From Rickettsiales bacterium (lineage in GTDB: Bacteria > Pseudomonadota > Alphaproteobacteria > Rs-D84): 64,000 nt of DNA. This document shows, piece by piece, positions 29,365-37,854 of this stretch. The notes under the pieces are model-generated. The model made no database searches. It saw nothing but the letters and a program-made list of their open reading frames with translations, and was not told the origin of the DNA. The stretch lies in the NCBI GenBank assembly GCA_031256175.1, contig JAIRRC010000012.1, positions 914 through 64,913 on the forward strand, written 5' to 3'. The first letter of the stretch is position 1; each line of letters opens with the position of its first letter. The position numbers and the translations under genes were made by a program.

Positions 29365-30309
29365 TTAGAATTCGAATCTGAATCCGGCGAGCACCATGCC
29401 GTATATCACGGGCGACGATGTCGCGACGACGGCTTTTTCCATTCCGGTGTTCGGATTCGTCATGTTCCATTCTACCTTGTTCGCCATTATGACCTTGGCG
29501 CCGAAGTCCAGAAATGCGAACTGGTTTATTCCATACGATATGCCGAAAGCCGCGCCCGCCGCCAGCCCGTTCGAATAGTTTTCCGAAAAATAGAATCCGC
29601 CCGTCGACTGGTCGACGAAATCCGCGAATGCGCCGGTGTCTTCCAGCGTCCCGTTCGAATCGATAAGCGACATCGATGTGCGGCTCTGCGCGTATCCAAG
29701 CCCGAGCCCGATATAAGGAATCGCCTGGCGCGCCGGTTTTTGGCGGCCTTGGAAGAAATCGAAATAAGCCATCATCATGAATATGTCGGTCTGGACGCCG
29801 GATGTTATCGCGCCCGTGTCCATGACGCTTATCGGAACGTTCTCGCTTGTTAGGGTTTCGCCGGCGACGAAGGGCGAGGCGTTGTAGGATACTTCGGAAA
29901 TCCTGTCCCACGAGCCCTCTATCCGCGTGCCCGGCATTCCGGGCAGAACCACGCCGACGCCGATATTTGTGTTCCATGTCATGACGCTGAATTTTTCGCT
30001 GACGGGCAGGCCGCCCAATGGCACGACGCCGATGAATTCATAGTCCGGGTCGCTTGTGTTTATCATGTCTTCGGTGGATATATAGTCGGTGCAGACGCCG
30101 TCCGGGCAATAAAGGAAAAGCCCCGAAGACGATACCGAGCCCAGCTTGTTTTCCATATATCCGCCTATGCCGAAAGCCGCGCCGCCGCGGACGGCGAAAT
30201 AGAATCGCCCGCCGTCGTCCGCGTCGCTTATGCGCGACCAGTTGGCGTTCGCCGTGCTTGCGAAAAACGCTATGGCTGCCGCCGCCAGAAATCCGGTTGG
30301 TTTCTTCAT
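29365..30309 (-). CDS. Outer-membrane beta-barrel protein (OmpA/Omp25-like porin family)
   Basis: Signal peptide MKKPTGFLAAAAIAFFASTANA, alternating amphipathic beta-strands, and a C-terminal aromatic terminus ...FRFEF. Confidence 0.6.
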   Translation of the reverse strand: MKKPTGFLAAAAIAFFASTANANWSRISDADDGGRFYFAVRGGAAFGIGGYMENKLGSVSSSGLFLYCPDGVCTDYISTEDMINTSDPDYEFIGVVPLGGLPVSEKFSVMTWNTNIGVGVVLPGMPGTRIEGSWDRISEVSYNASPFVAGETLTSENVPISVMDTGAITSGVQTDIFMMMAYFDFFQGRQKPARQAIPYIGLGLGYAQSRTSMSLIDSNGTLEDTGAFADFVDQSTGGFYFSENYSNGLAAGAAFGISYGINQFAFLDFGAKVIMANKVEWNMTNPNTGMEKAVVATSSPVIYGMVLAGFRFEF

Positions 30310-30327
30310 ATGGCATTATACCATATT

Positions 30328-30921
30328 TTACAGGACTTTCAAAGCCTTCATGATTATCTGGTCGAGCGGAAGGTCGGGACCCGCGTCCAAAATCTCGCGC
30401 ACGGCCGGTATGGCCGAAGCGCGCTTGTAGCCAAGCCCTTCAAGCGCCGATACCGCGTCCGCGAAGGCCGCGGAATTGTTTCCCGCTCCCGCTTCCAGCT
30501 CGGCCCCGGCGGCCGCCGACAATTTCTTGATTTGCGATTTAAGTTCCGTGGTAATGCGTTCCGCGACCTTTGGCCCGACGCCCGGCGCCGCCGTGAACGC
30601 CGCCTTGTCGCCCGCGATTACCGCGCGGATTATAGTCGGAACCGGCAATGTCCCGAGTATCGACATCGCGGCTTTGGGTCCTATGCCCTGGACCTGCGTC
30701 AGCATATTGAACATATTCTTGTCGTCGCTGCTGGCGAAGCCGTAAAGGTTGATTGCGTCCTCGCGCACATTGGTTTCTATCCATAAGGTTGCGGCTTCGC
30801 CTTTTTTTAATTTCGAAAGCGTGCCGGTGTCCATGAAGACCAGGTATCCTACGCCGCCCGCCATGACTATGGCGCTGTTGTCCGTAATGGTGTCAATAAT
30901 GCCTTGAATTTTTCCAATCAT
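30328..30921 (-). CDS. ruvA: Holliday junction DNA helicase RuvA
   Basis: MIGKIQG...GVGYLVF N-terminus, HhH domain II, and a C-terminal domain III. Confidence 0.9.
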   Translation of the reverse strand: MIGKIQGIIDTITDNSAIVMAGGVGYLVFMDTGTLSKLKKGEAATLWIETNVREDAINLYGFASSDDKNMFNMLTQVQGIGPKAAMSILGTLPVPTIIRAVIAGDKAAFTAAPGVGPKVAERITTELKSQIKKLSAAAGAELEAGAGNNSAAFADAVSALEGLGYKRASAIPAVREILDAGPDLPLDQIIMKALKVL

Positions 30922-30973
30922 TTGCTATCCTTTTCCCGTCATTATAATATAAAAAACTAAAAAGAGTAGAAAA

Positions 30974-31687
30974 ATGTCGGGACATTCGAAATGGCATAAC
31001 ATAATGCATCGAAAGGGCGCGCAGGACGCGGCGAAAGCCGGCCAGTTCACGAAACTTGCGCGCGAAATAACCATGGCCGCCAAATTGGGCGACGCCAATC
31101 CGGACAATAATCCGCGCCTTCGCCTGGCAATACAAAGCGCGCGCAAACTCAATATGCCGGGCGACAATATCAAGCGCGCGATAGAAAAGGCCGCGGCCGC
31201 GGGTGGCGACAGCTATGTGTCCGTCAGATACGAAGGCTACGGCCCGGCGAGCGTCCCCGTCATAGTCGAGGCCATGACCGACAATCCGCGCAGAACCGTT
31301 CCCGAAGTCCGCAGCGCCTTCACGAAAAACGGCGGCAACATGGGCGAAAGCGGAAGCGTCGCCTTCATGTTCAACCATGCCGGCATGATAGTTTATCCGA
31401 AATCGGCCGCCGCGGAAGACGCCATGTTTGAAGCCGCGATAGACGCCGGCGCCGAAGATTTGGACGGCAGCGACGAAGCGGCTTATGTTATAACGACTTC
31501 GGTCGATAATTTCATGCCCGCGGTCGCGGCGCTTGCGAAAAAATTCGGCGAGGCTGAAAAGGCCGAGCTTACATGGCTTGCGACAACGCCGGCCGAATTG
31601 TCGGACGAAGCCATGGCCCAGGTCGAGAAATTGGTCGAAGCGCTGGAAGATTTGGACGACGTCCAAAAAGTTTTCATAGGGGCTTGA
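30974..31687 (+). CDS. yebC: YebC/PmpR family DNA-binding regulator
   Basis: N-terminus MSGHSKWHNIMHRKGAQDAAKAGQFTKL is the hallmark of YebC. Confidence 0.9.
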   Translation: MSGHSKWHNIMHRKGAQDAAKAGQFTKLAREITMAAKLGDANPDNNPRLRLAIQSARKLNMPGDNIKRAIEKAAAAGGDSYVSVRYEGYGPASVPVIVEAMTDNPRRTVPEVRSAFTKNGGNMGESGSVAFMFNHAGMIVYPKSAAAEDAMFEAAIDAGAEDLDGSDEAAYVITTSVDNFMPAVAALAKKFGEAEKAELTWLATTPAELSDEAMAQVEKLVEALEDLDDVQKVFIGA

Positions 31688-31711
31688 CAAAATAAATAAT
31701 CAGCATATAAT

Positions 31712-32047
31712 ATGGGAATAATAACCCAACATAAAGCTGAAATTATGACAATCAAAGAACTTCCCGTATTGAACAGCAAATTTACGATAGCGGCGTTCAT
31801 ATTCGCGTCCGCTGGCGCGGCATTTCTGATAGTGGACAATTTCGAAACCATCGCGAAAATATTGTCTTATCCGGGCAATCTTCATCATAACGGAAAGATG
31901 TGCGGCGAAACAAGCGGCTCCGCGAAAGTCGCGACCGGCGTCGTTATAGCGATGCTGACGCTCCCGGCGGCCGTCGGCGTGTTCAACATAGGCATGCGCG
32001 TCAAACATGGAATTAACAAAATGCTTCTAAGGAACAAATCCCGGTAA
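31712..32047 (+). CDS. Small membrane protein, unknown function
   Basis: Two hydrophobic helices. 111 aa. Confidence 0.35.
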   Translation: MGIITQHKAEIMTIKELPVLNSKFTIAAFIFASAGAAFLIVDNFETIAKILSYPGNLHHNGKMCGETSGSAKVATGVVIAMLTLPAAVGVFNIGMRVKHGINKMLLRNKSR

Positions 32048-32051
32048 TAAA

Positions 32052-32086
32052 AAAACTCCCCCCTTGCGGGAGAGTTGTTTTATTAC
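32052..32086. terminator. Bidirectional terminator hairpin of the AACTCCCCCC..GGGAGAGTT family
   Basis: A-run, aaactcccccc-ttgc-gggagagttg, T-run. It lies between convergent genes. Confidence 0.7.
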
Positions 32087-33366
32087 CAGCTTAAACTGCG
32101 TGTGGTCGATTGGGATTTCCTGTCGCCGAACATGTCGCGTTCGGTCTGTCTTAGAACTTTGAACTGGTCCGTCGATATGACGCGCAAGACGAACGAGCCG
32201 TCCGCCCTGTCGACCAGGACCGGTATGATGCGGCTTTCATGCACGCCCGAATCTATCAGCACCTGGTTGATTATCGCAAGGCGCCGCGCCGCCAGGCGTT
32301 TCGCCTCGGTGTTCGAAACCGCGTCTTCGGACACGGAAATTTGAATCGCGCGCTTCGGATTGTTCGCAATCATCGAGGCGTATTCGGACAGCAGATTGAA
32401 ATTGTCCTTGGTAAGCGCGCTGTCGTTGTCGGCGAAGCTCATCCTGATTTCGAGGGTTTTGGGCATGGATGCGTTCGCATTAATCGAATTGTCGCCGACG
32501 AATCCTTCCTGCGTTACGATTTCCCAATTGTCCGAGCTTAAAGAATCGAAATCTTCGTTCGAATATGCGGAAAGATGCTTGTTTTCCGATATGTAGGATT
32601 TATAGAACGCTTGTTTGAGTTCGCGCGGGGACAGCCTGTTCATCGGAACTTCGCCCGTGTCTTTCGGCGCGAATTCGTCGGTCGTGTTTCGCGCGATTAT
32701 GCGCGCCGGCCTGTCCGCCGGAGCATTTGCGAAGGCGGGCACCGGCTCTGGCGCGGCGACGGCGAATTGTTTATCATCTGACATACCGCGGCTTGACCGC
32801 GGTATCCCGGCATTGTTTATATTATTGGAAAATTTTTCCACGGCCGATTTCGCGCGGCTCGCTTTCTGCTGGCGGTTCTTTTGTTCAATCATGCGCGCGA
32901 TGGAATTGTCGATTTGCGCCTTGCGCTCCGCGTTCGATTGCTTGGGCGCTTGGCGGACCGGCTCGGGCGCGTATGCGATTTTGCTTTTATCTATGTATTC
33001 TTCCGGAAGCGAAAATTCTTCCGCGTCCAGCCGCACGATTTCACCCGCCCGCGGCATGCGGATTTTTTGTTCCGAATATGTTTCGGGTTTTTTGCCCGTA
33101 TTCGCCCAAAGCTCGGAATTCGGCCTGCGCGGCACAAGGACTTCGTTCGCGCCGCTATACTTGGGCGTGCTTGCGGGCTTGCCCGCCGAAGCCTTGGCGA
33201 AGGCGGGCGCGGGTTTCGCGAGAATGGTTTTTTGCGCGCCGAACAATTCCTTGGCCGACACGCTGCCGCGTTCGTATGAAACGCTTGGCAGCTGCGCCGC
33301 CGCGGCCGCATTGTGCGATATAAGCGCGGCAAGAACCGCGAAAATGCCGATTGAATTCCCCTTCAT
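32083..33366 (-). CDS. Secreted protein with a degenerate OmpA-like C-terminal domain
   Basis: Start trimmed to MKGNSIGIFAVLAALISHNAAAAA (signal peptide). The C-terminal AIQISVSE...EAKRLAARRLAIINQVLIDSGV..SRI follows the OmpA_C pattern but lacks GHTD. Confidence 0.4.
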   Translation of the reverse strand: MKGNSIGIFAVLAALISHNAAAAAQLPSVSYERGSVSAKELFGAQKTILAKPAPAFAKASAGKPASTPKYSGANEVLVPRRPNSELWANTGKKPETYSEQKIRMPRAGEIVRLDAEEFSLPEEYIDKSKIAYAPEPVRQAPKQSNAERKAQIDNSIARMIEQKNRQQKASRAKSAVEKFSNNINNAGIPRSSRGMSDDKQFAVAAPEPVPAFANAPADRPARIIARNTTDEFAPKDTGEVPMNRLSPRELKQAFYKSYISENKHLSAYSNEDFDSLSSDNWEIVTQEGFVGDNSINANASMPKTLEIRMSFADNDSALTKDNFNLLSEYASMIANNPKRAIQISVSEDAVSNTEAKRLAARRLAIINQVLIDSGVHESRIIPVLVDRADGSFVLRVISTDQFKVLRQTERDMFGDRKSQSTTRSLSW

Positions 33367-33455
33367 GCAAGGATTGTATCTTAAATCGGCCGGGCGGGTC
33401 AATGGCAAAATAGTTGCATTCGGGGCGCCGTCGGCGTATAATGAATATACGATTT

Positions 33456-33481
33456 GAGATTCCGACCTTCGTCGGAATGAC
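33456..33481. repeat. Palindromic element ..ATTCCGACCTTCGTCGGAATGAC (family copy)
   Basis: 23-nt identity with the 18037-18062 copy. Confidence 0.7.
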
Positions 33482-33490
33482 AAGGAAAAA

Positions 33491-34219
33491 ATGCAAAAAT
33501 TTATAGTTAAGAAAAGATTGTCGATGTATCAGATGGACCCTGCCGGAAGCCTGCGGCCGCTGATGTTGATGAACGAATTGCAATCTGTCGCGGGCGACCA
33601 TGCGGAAATTCTTGGCGTCGGAATGAGTTTTTGCATAAAGAACAACCTTGCCTGGGTTGCGCTGTTCTTCCATGTCGACATAATAAGGATGCCCGCCGGT
33701 CAGGAAGAAATCACAATCGAAACCTGGCCGTCGTCGCGCGACGCTTTGCGCACCACCAGGGATTATATTATAAAGGACGCCGCGGGCGAAACCCTTGTCC
33801 GCGCGACGAGCCAATGGGTTATGATTGATATAGAAAAACGCCGCCCGGCTCCGCTTGCGGGCAGATTGCCCGAATTCGAATTGTCGGGCGAGCGCGCCTT
33901 GGAAACGCCGTTCGACAAATTCCCGGACTTCGCGCCTGACTTTTCCGAAAGCGTGAAGCCGCGCTATGACGACTTCGACATCAACCAGCATTTGAACAAC
34001 GCCGTCTATGCCGTCTGGGCGACCGAGGCGCTTGGCATAGAATTCCGCGAAAAGCATAAACTGCGCGGAATATCTTTGAACTTCAAGAAGGAAATCCCGA
34101 TGGACGGGGCCGATATAAAGGTCGAAACCCTGCGCGAAGGCCTTAAAACCAGGCACCGGATAGTAAGCGGCGACGCGGTGAACGCATACGTGATGTGCGA
34201 ATGGAACAATGCCAATTAA
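33491..34219 (+). CDS. Acyl-ACP thioesterase (double hotdog fold)
   Basis: 242 aa with two hotdog halves. N-terminal MDPAGSLRPLMLMNELQSVAGDHA and C-terminal DINQHLNNAVY match the acyl-ACP TE family pattern. Confidence 0.7.
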   Translation: MQKFIVKKRLSMYQMDPAGSLRPLMLMNELQSVAGDHAEILGVGMSFCIKNNLAWVALFFHVDIIRMPAGQEEITIETWPSSRDALRTTRDYIIKDAAGETLVRATSQWVMIDIEKRRPAPLAGRLPEFELSGERALETPFDKFPDFAPDFSESVKPRYDDFDINQHLNNAVYAVWATEALGIEFREKHKLRGISLNFKKEIPMDGADIKVETLREGLKTRHRIVSGDAVNAYVMCEWNNAN

Positions 34220-34240
34220 GTCCTTGATTCAAGCAGGTTT

Positions 34241-35554
34241 TTAATACCCCCCCCCGGCTTTTTCTGCAAGGGAAATCACATTGTTCAAGACGGCGGATTT
34301 GAACCGCGCGTATATGCGCTGGGACTTTTTCGGCGCGACGATTGAGACGATTTTCCAGAATGCCCGGCGTGTCTTGGGCCAATTGGCCAGCTGGGACAAA
34401 TTCATCAGGTCGGCGGCTTCGATTTGATTTCCCTTCTGGTTTATCAAATCATAATAATGTTCCGTCGTCGAATACATATATAGATAGCGGCGCAGAAATT
34501 CGCGCGCGTGCCTTTCGGGCCGGAATTTTATTCCGCAGTCGTCCATATTGTTGTCCTTGAAGAATTCGCGAAGGTGCTTCGTCATGCCGATTATGAAGGG
34601 CCCGTCCGAATGCGCGACCCGGATGAAATTATGGTATGCTTCGATTGTGGTCGAATCCGCGCCGGCCGCCTCGTCCAGCATGGGCTGGATATTCATGATT
34701 TCCGTGCGGTTGAGCGCGATGACGCGCTTTTTTTCGGTCGTGCCCGCCGCGAATAAAATATTGTGGAGCGCCGTGCCGCTGATTCCCGCGATTTCATCCG
34801 CGCCCTTTATGGCGGCGATTTGGCCGGCAAGGCTCAGCTTTTCGGGACATATCGATTTGAATCCGTTCTTATTGAAGGCGCGCTCGACTTCCTTTTCGCC
34901 TATGACATAAGCCTTATGGTCTTCCCATGCGCTCCGCGACAAGTATATTTTCTTGTCGCGTCCCGCCGGAACTTTTTCGGCCGCGTTTTTGAACGGCAGA
35001 AGGAAATCGTCCGTCCAATCCCAGCAGTTGTAGCAGGAAAGCGTCGGCACCGCAAGTTCCCGGACTTTAAGAACCTGATTCGTTATTTTGACTTCATCAA
35101 GGGGAATTCCGGCAAGTTGGAAGAAATCCAGCATATACTGCGGCAGGCCGAAGTTCCAAAGCCATACGAAGAGTATCCCGTCGAACTTGTCCCTGTTTTG
35201 AAGGTAATAATAAATGCGCGCGGTGCTTTGCGTCAGGAAATGGCCGTAATGGTTTAGAAGCTCTCCGCCCCAGACGAACTTGGCGTCCGCGACCGGCATA
35301 TATTCGGGCAGCTGCGCTGTCATCTCTTCATGCGCCATCCACATATTGCTGCCCATGACGTAGGTGCGGTCCTTTCGGAACACGCCGACGTCGGTGCGCT
35401 TGAAGCCCTGGATTTTCGCATGATGCACGACGGGCTGTATTATAGCATCGGTCAGGATTTCGGCTGAATTTTCTCTATCCGATTTATAAGGCCGGTTCAA
35501 TCTGTCGAAACTTCCCCGTAAATCGTCCGATATGTATGCGGAAACTTTTCTCAT
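34241..35554 (-). CDS. Cytoplasmic glycosyltransferase-like protein, GT61/DUF563 family
   Basis: Trimmed to MRKVSAY, whose ATG overlaps the tolB stop (ATGA). Motifs HYGHFLTQS and ISGTALHNILFA resemble the DUF563 signatures. Confidence 0.5.
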   Translation of the reverse strand: MRKVSAYISDDLRGSFDRLNRPYKSDRENSAEILTDAIIQPVVHHAKIQGFKRTDVGVFRKDRTYVMGSNMWMAHEEMTAQLPEYMPVADAKFVWGGELLNHYGHFLTQSTARIYYYLQNRDKFDGILFVWLWNFGLPQYMLDFFQLAGIPLDEVKITNQVLKVRELAVPTLSCYNCWDWTDDFLLPFKNAAEKVPAGRDKKIYLSRSAWEDHKAYVIGEKEVERAFNKNGFKSICPEKLSLAGQIAAIKGADEIAGISGTALHNILFAAGTTEKKRVIALNRTEIMNIQPMLDEAAGADSTTIEAYHNFIRVAHSDGPFIIGMTKHLREFFKDNNMDDCGIKFRPERHAREFLRRYLYMYSTTEHYYDLINQKGNQIEAADLMNLSQLANWPKTRRAFWKIVSIVAPKKSQRIYARFKSAVLNNVISLAEKAGGGY

Positions 35555-36861
35555 GGGAGAAGCGGCGACCATGACGGCGAGACGGCGTTCCCGGGCGTCT
35601 TTATATGATAGGAATTCTGTCCGGTTATATCGACCGATATTATTTCGCTGCTGCGCTCCATCCCGTCTTTGGACTTGTCCGTCGCATGGAACACGACGCG
35701 CCTTCCGTTCGGCGCCCAGTTCGGAGATTCCATGAACCAGCCGCTGGCCAGTATCTTTTCGGACTTGCCCTTCGGCGTCATGACGCCGATTGAAAAAGTG
35801 TCGGACAGGATTCGCGTGAACGCGATGTAGTCGCCGCGCGGCGACCATGAAGGCGTGGCGTATCGGCCGCTTCCGAATGAAATCCGGTGCGCGTCCAGCG
35901 TCGACAAATCCAGGATGTGAAGCTGCTGCGAACCCGACCGGTCCGAATTGAAGACAAGCGATTTTCCGTCGGGCGAATAGGAAGGCGACGTGTCGATTCC
36001 GTCGTAATAGGTAAGCTGCCGGAGCGTCTTCTTTTCCATGTCGTATTCGTAAAGGTTGATGGCCATATCGTCCACAAGGCTCATCGCGACCTTGTTTCCG
36101 TCGGGCGAAAACGCGGGCGCGAACGTCATGCCGGAAAATTTGCCCAGCTTGCGCTGCTCGCCCGTCGAAAGGTCCAAGGTCCAAACCGCCGGGTCGTCGT
36201 TCCTGTATGAAAGGAAGACGAGGGTGTGCATATTGGGCGAGAAATAGGGCGACGTTACATATACGTCCGGGCTGGAAATATAGCGGTTGTTGTGCCCGTC
36301 CTGGTCCATGATGGCAAGGCGGCGGATTCGCGCTTCGACCGGGCCGGATTCGGCTATATAGACGATTTGCGTGTCGAAATATCCGCCTTCGCCCGTAAGC
36401 CTTTTATAAATCTCGTCGCCGGATATGTGCGCCAGGCGGCGTTTGGATTTTACCGAAGCGACCAAACTCTGCGCCTCTATCTGCTCGCCGCTGTCGACGT
36501 CCCAAAGGAAGAATTGCAGGCGAAGGTTGTTGTTGCTTGCCTTGGATAGTTTCGCCTGGACCAGGGCTTTTGCCTTTATAAGCTTCCAATGTTCGAAGCT
36601 TGGCAGCTCGCCGAATTTAAGCGTTTCGGGAAAGCTTTCCGGGTCCAATATTTTGAACAGGCCGGTGCGTTCCAGATTCTGCGCGAGGACCTGGTTCAGC
36701 ATTTTCGCGTCGGCTTTAAGCGTTGCGTCCGCGGTTTCGAACGGAACTATCGCGACCGGGATTTGCGGAGTGTTTCCCGCGACTATGTCCACGACGATTT
36801 CCGCGCGGGCGCCGGAAAACATGGCGAAAAACAGCGAAAAAACGAATATTTTCTTTATCAT
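35551..36861 (-). CDS. tolB: Periplasmic TolB protein (TolB_N domain plus beta-propeller)
   Basis: Signal peptide, N-terminal TolB domain (VAIVPFE...LNQVLAQNLERTGLF), and a six-bladed propeller pattern with repeated SPDG/SWSP motifs. Confidence 0.85.
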   Translation of the reverse strand: MIKKIFVFSLFFAMFSGARAEIVVDIVAGNTPQIPVAIVPFETADATLKADAKMLNQVLAQNLERTGLFKILDPESFPETLKFGELPSFEHWKLIKAKALVQAKLSKASNNNLRLQFFLWDVDSGEQIEAQSLVASVKSKRRLAHISGDEIYKRLTGEGGYFDTQIVYIAESGPVEARIRRLAIMDQDGHNNRYISSPDVYVTSPYFSPNMHTLVFLSYRNDDPAVWTLDLSTGEQRKLGKFSGMTFAPAFSPDGNKVAMSLVDDMAINLYEYDMEKKTLRQLTYYDGIDTSPSYSPDGKSLVFNSDRSGSQQLHILDLSTLDAHRISFGSGRYATPSWSPRGDYIAFTRILSDTFSIGVMTPKGKSEKILASGWFMESPNWAPNGRRVVFHATDKSKDGMERSSEIISVDITGQNSYHIKTPGNAVSPSWSPLLP

Positions 36862-36915
36862 GCGGGCATTTTAATACTTTGACAGCCAAAAAGCAAATGG
36901 TTATAATCGGGTCAT

Positions 36916-37851
36916 ATGGCAGAAAAAATGCAACCCCTTGTAGTTCCGGCGACCATGGACGGAGTGAAACTGGACAGGTTCCTATTCCGGCACTTTCCCG
37001 CGCTTCCGCGCGCGGTCTTCCACCGGGTCTGCCGCACGGGAGAGCTTCGCGTCGATTCCAAGCGCATGAAGGGCACCGAACGCATAGCAAGCGGCAGCGT
37101 CGTCCGCCTTCCGCCAAGCATGAAGGAATTCGAAAAGCCCGCGATAGAGATTGAAAAAACGAACGACGGCGCCAAATTTTCCATGTCGGATTTGGAGGCG
37201 CTTCGCAAAACCATCATATATAACGACAAGGACATGGTCGTGTTCAACAAGCCCGCGGGACTCGCCGCGCAGGGCGGGACGGGAATTTCGAAATCGATGG
37301 ACAAGATGGCGGGCGCTTTGTTCCCGGCGACGGGCGCGTTTCCGGTCCACCGCCTTGACAAGGAGACCAGCGGTGTAATAGTATTCGCCAAAAGCCTGTC
37401 CGCCGCGCGCTGCTTGTCGGAACAGCTTCAAGACAAGACCGCGGCAAAGGAATATCTGGCCGTCCTTGCGGGCGACGTCAAAAAGAAGAAGGGAATTATA
37501 GAAACCATGATTGCCAAAAAGGGCGATGAAGATTTGAAGGAAGCCGCGACCGAATTCGAAGTCGTCGGCAATATTCCCGGCAAGATGACGCTTGTCCGCT
37601 TTCGTCCTAAGACCGGCCGCACGCACCAGCTTCGCATACACGCCGCGCGGGAACTTAAAGCCGCGATATTCGGCGACGCTGTTTATGGATTCAAGGGCGA
37701 CGCCGAAAAATACCAGTTCGGCAAAATAAAGGGCCTTCATCTGCTGGCGAAGAAATTGTCGGTGAAGCATCCCTCGACGGGCGCGCTTATGGAATTTTCC
37801 GCGCCGGTTCCGGACTTTATGGCGGCGGCTGTCCGCGGGATTCTGGGTTAG
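36916..37851 (+). CDS. rluC: 23S rRNA pseudouridine synthase, RluA family (RluC/D-like)
   Basis: S4-like N-terminal region and catalytic motif HRLDKETSGVIVFAK. Confidence 0.8.
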   Translation: MAEKMQPLVVPATMDGVKLDRFLFRHFPALPRAVFHRVCRTGELRVDSKRMKGTERIASGSVVRLPPSMKEFEKPAIEIEKTNDGAKFSMSDLEALRKTIIYNDKDMVVFNKPAGLAAQGGTGISKSMDKMAGALFPATGAFPVHRLDKETSGVIVFAKSLSAARCLSEQLQDKTAAKEYLAVLAGDVKKKKGIIETMIAKKGDEDLKEAATEFEVVGNIPGKMTLVRFRPKTGRTHQLRIHAARELKAAIFGDAVYGFKGDAEKYQFGKIKGLHLLAKKLSVKHPSTGALMEFSAPVPDFMAAAVRGILG

Positions 37852-37854
37852 GCC

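Noticed and set aside
34241-36184. Full 647-aa tracked ORF extending over the C-terminal third of tolB.
   Set aside because: The first ~210 codons overlap tolB in another frame and read as Arg-rich nonsense. The real gene starts at the ATG overlapping the tolB stop (35554). The same logic trimmed the 13524-16262, 51342-52814, 54662-55657, 32083-33483, 41706-42743 and 47485-48057 ORFs.
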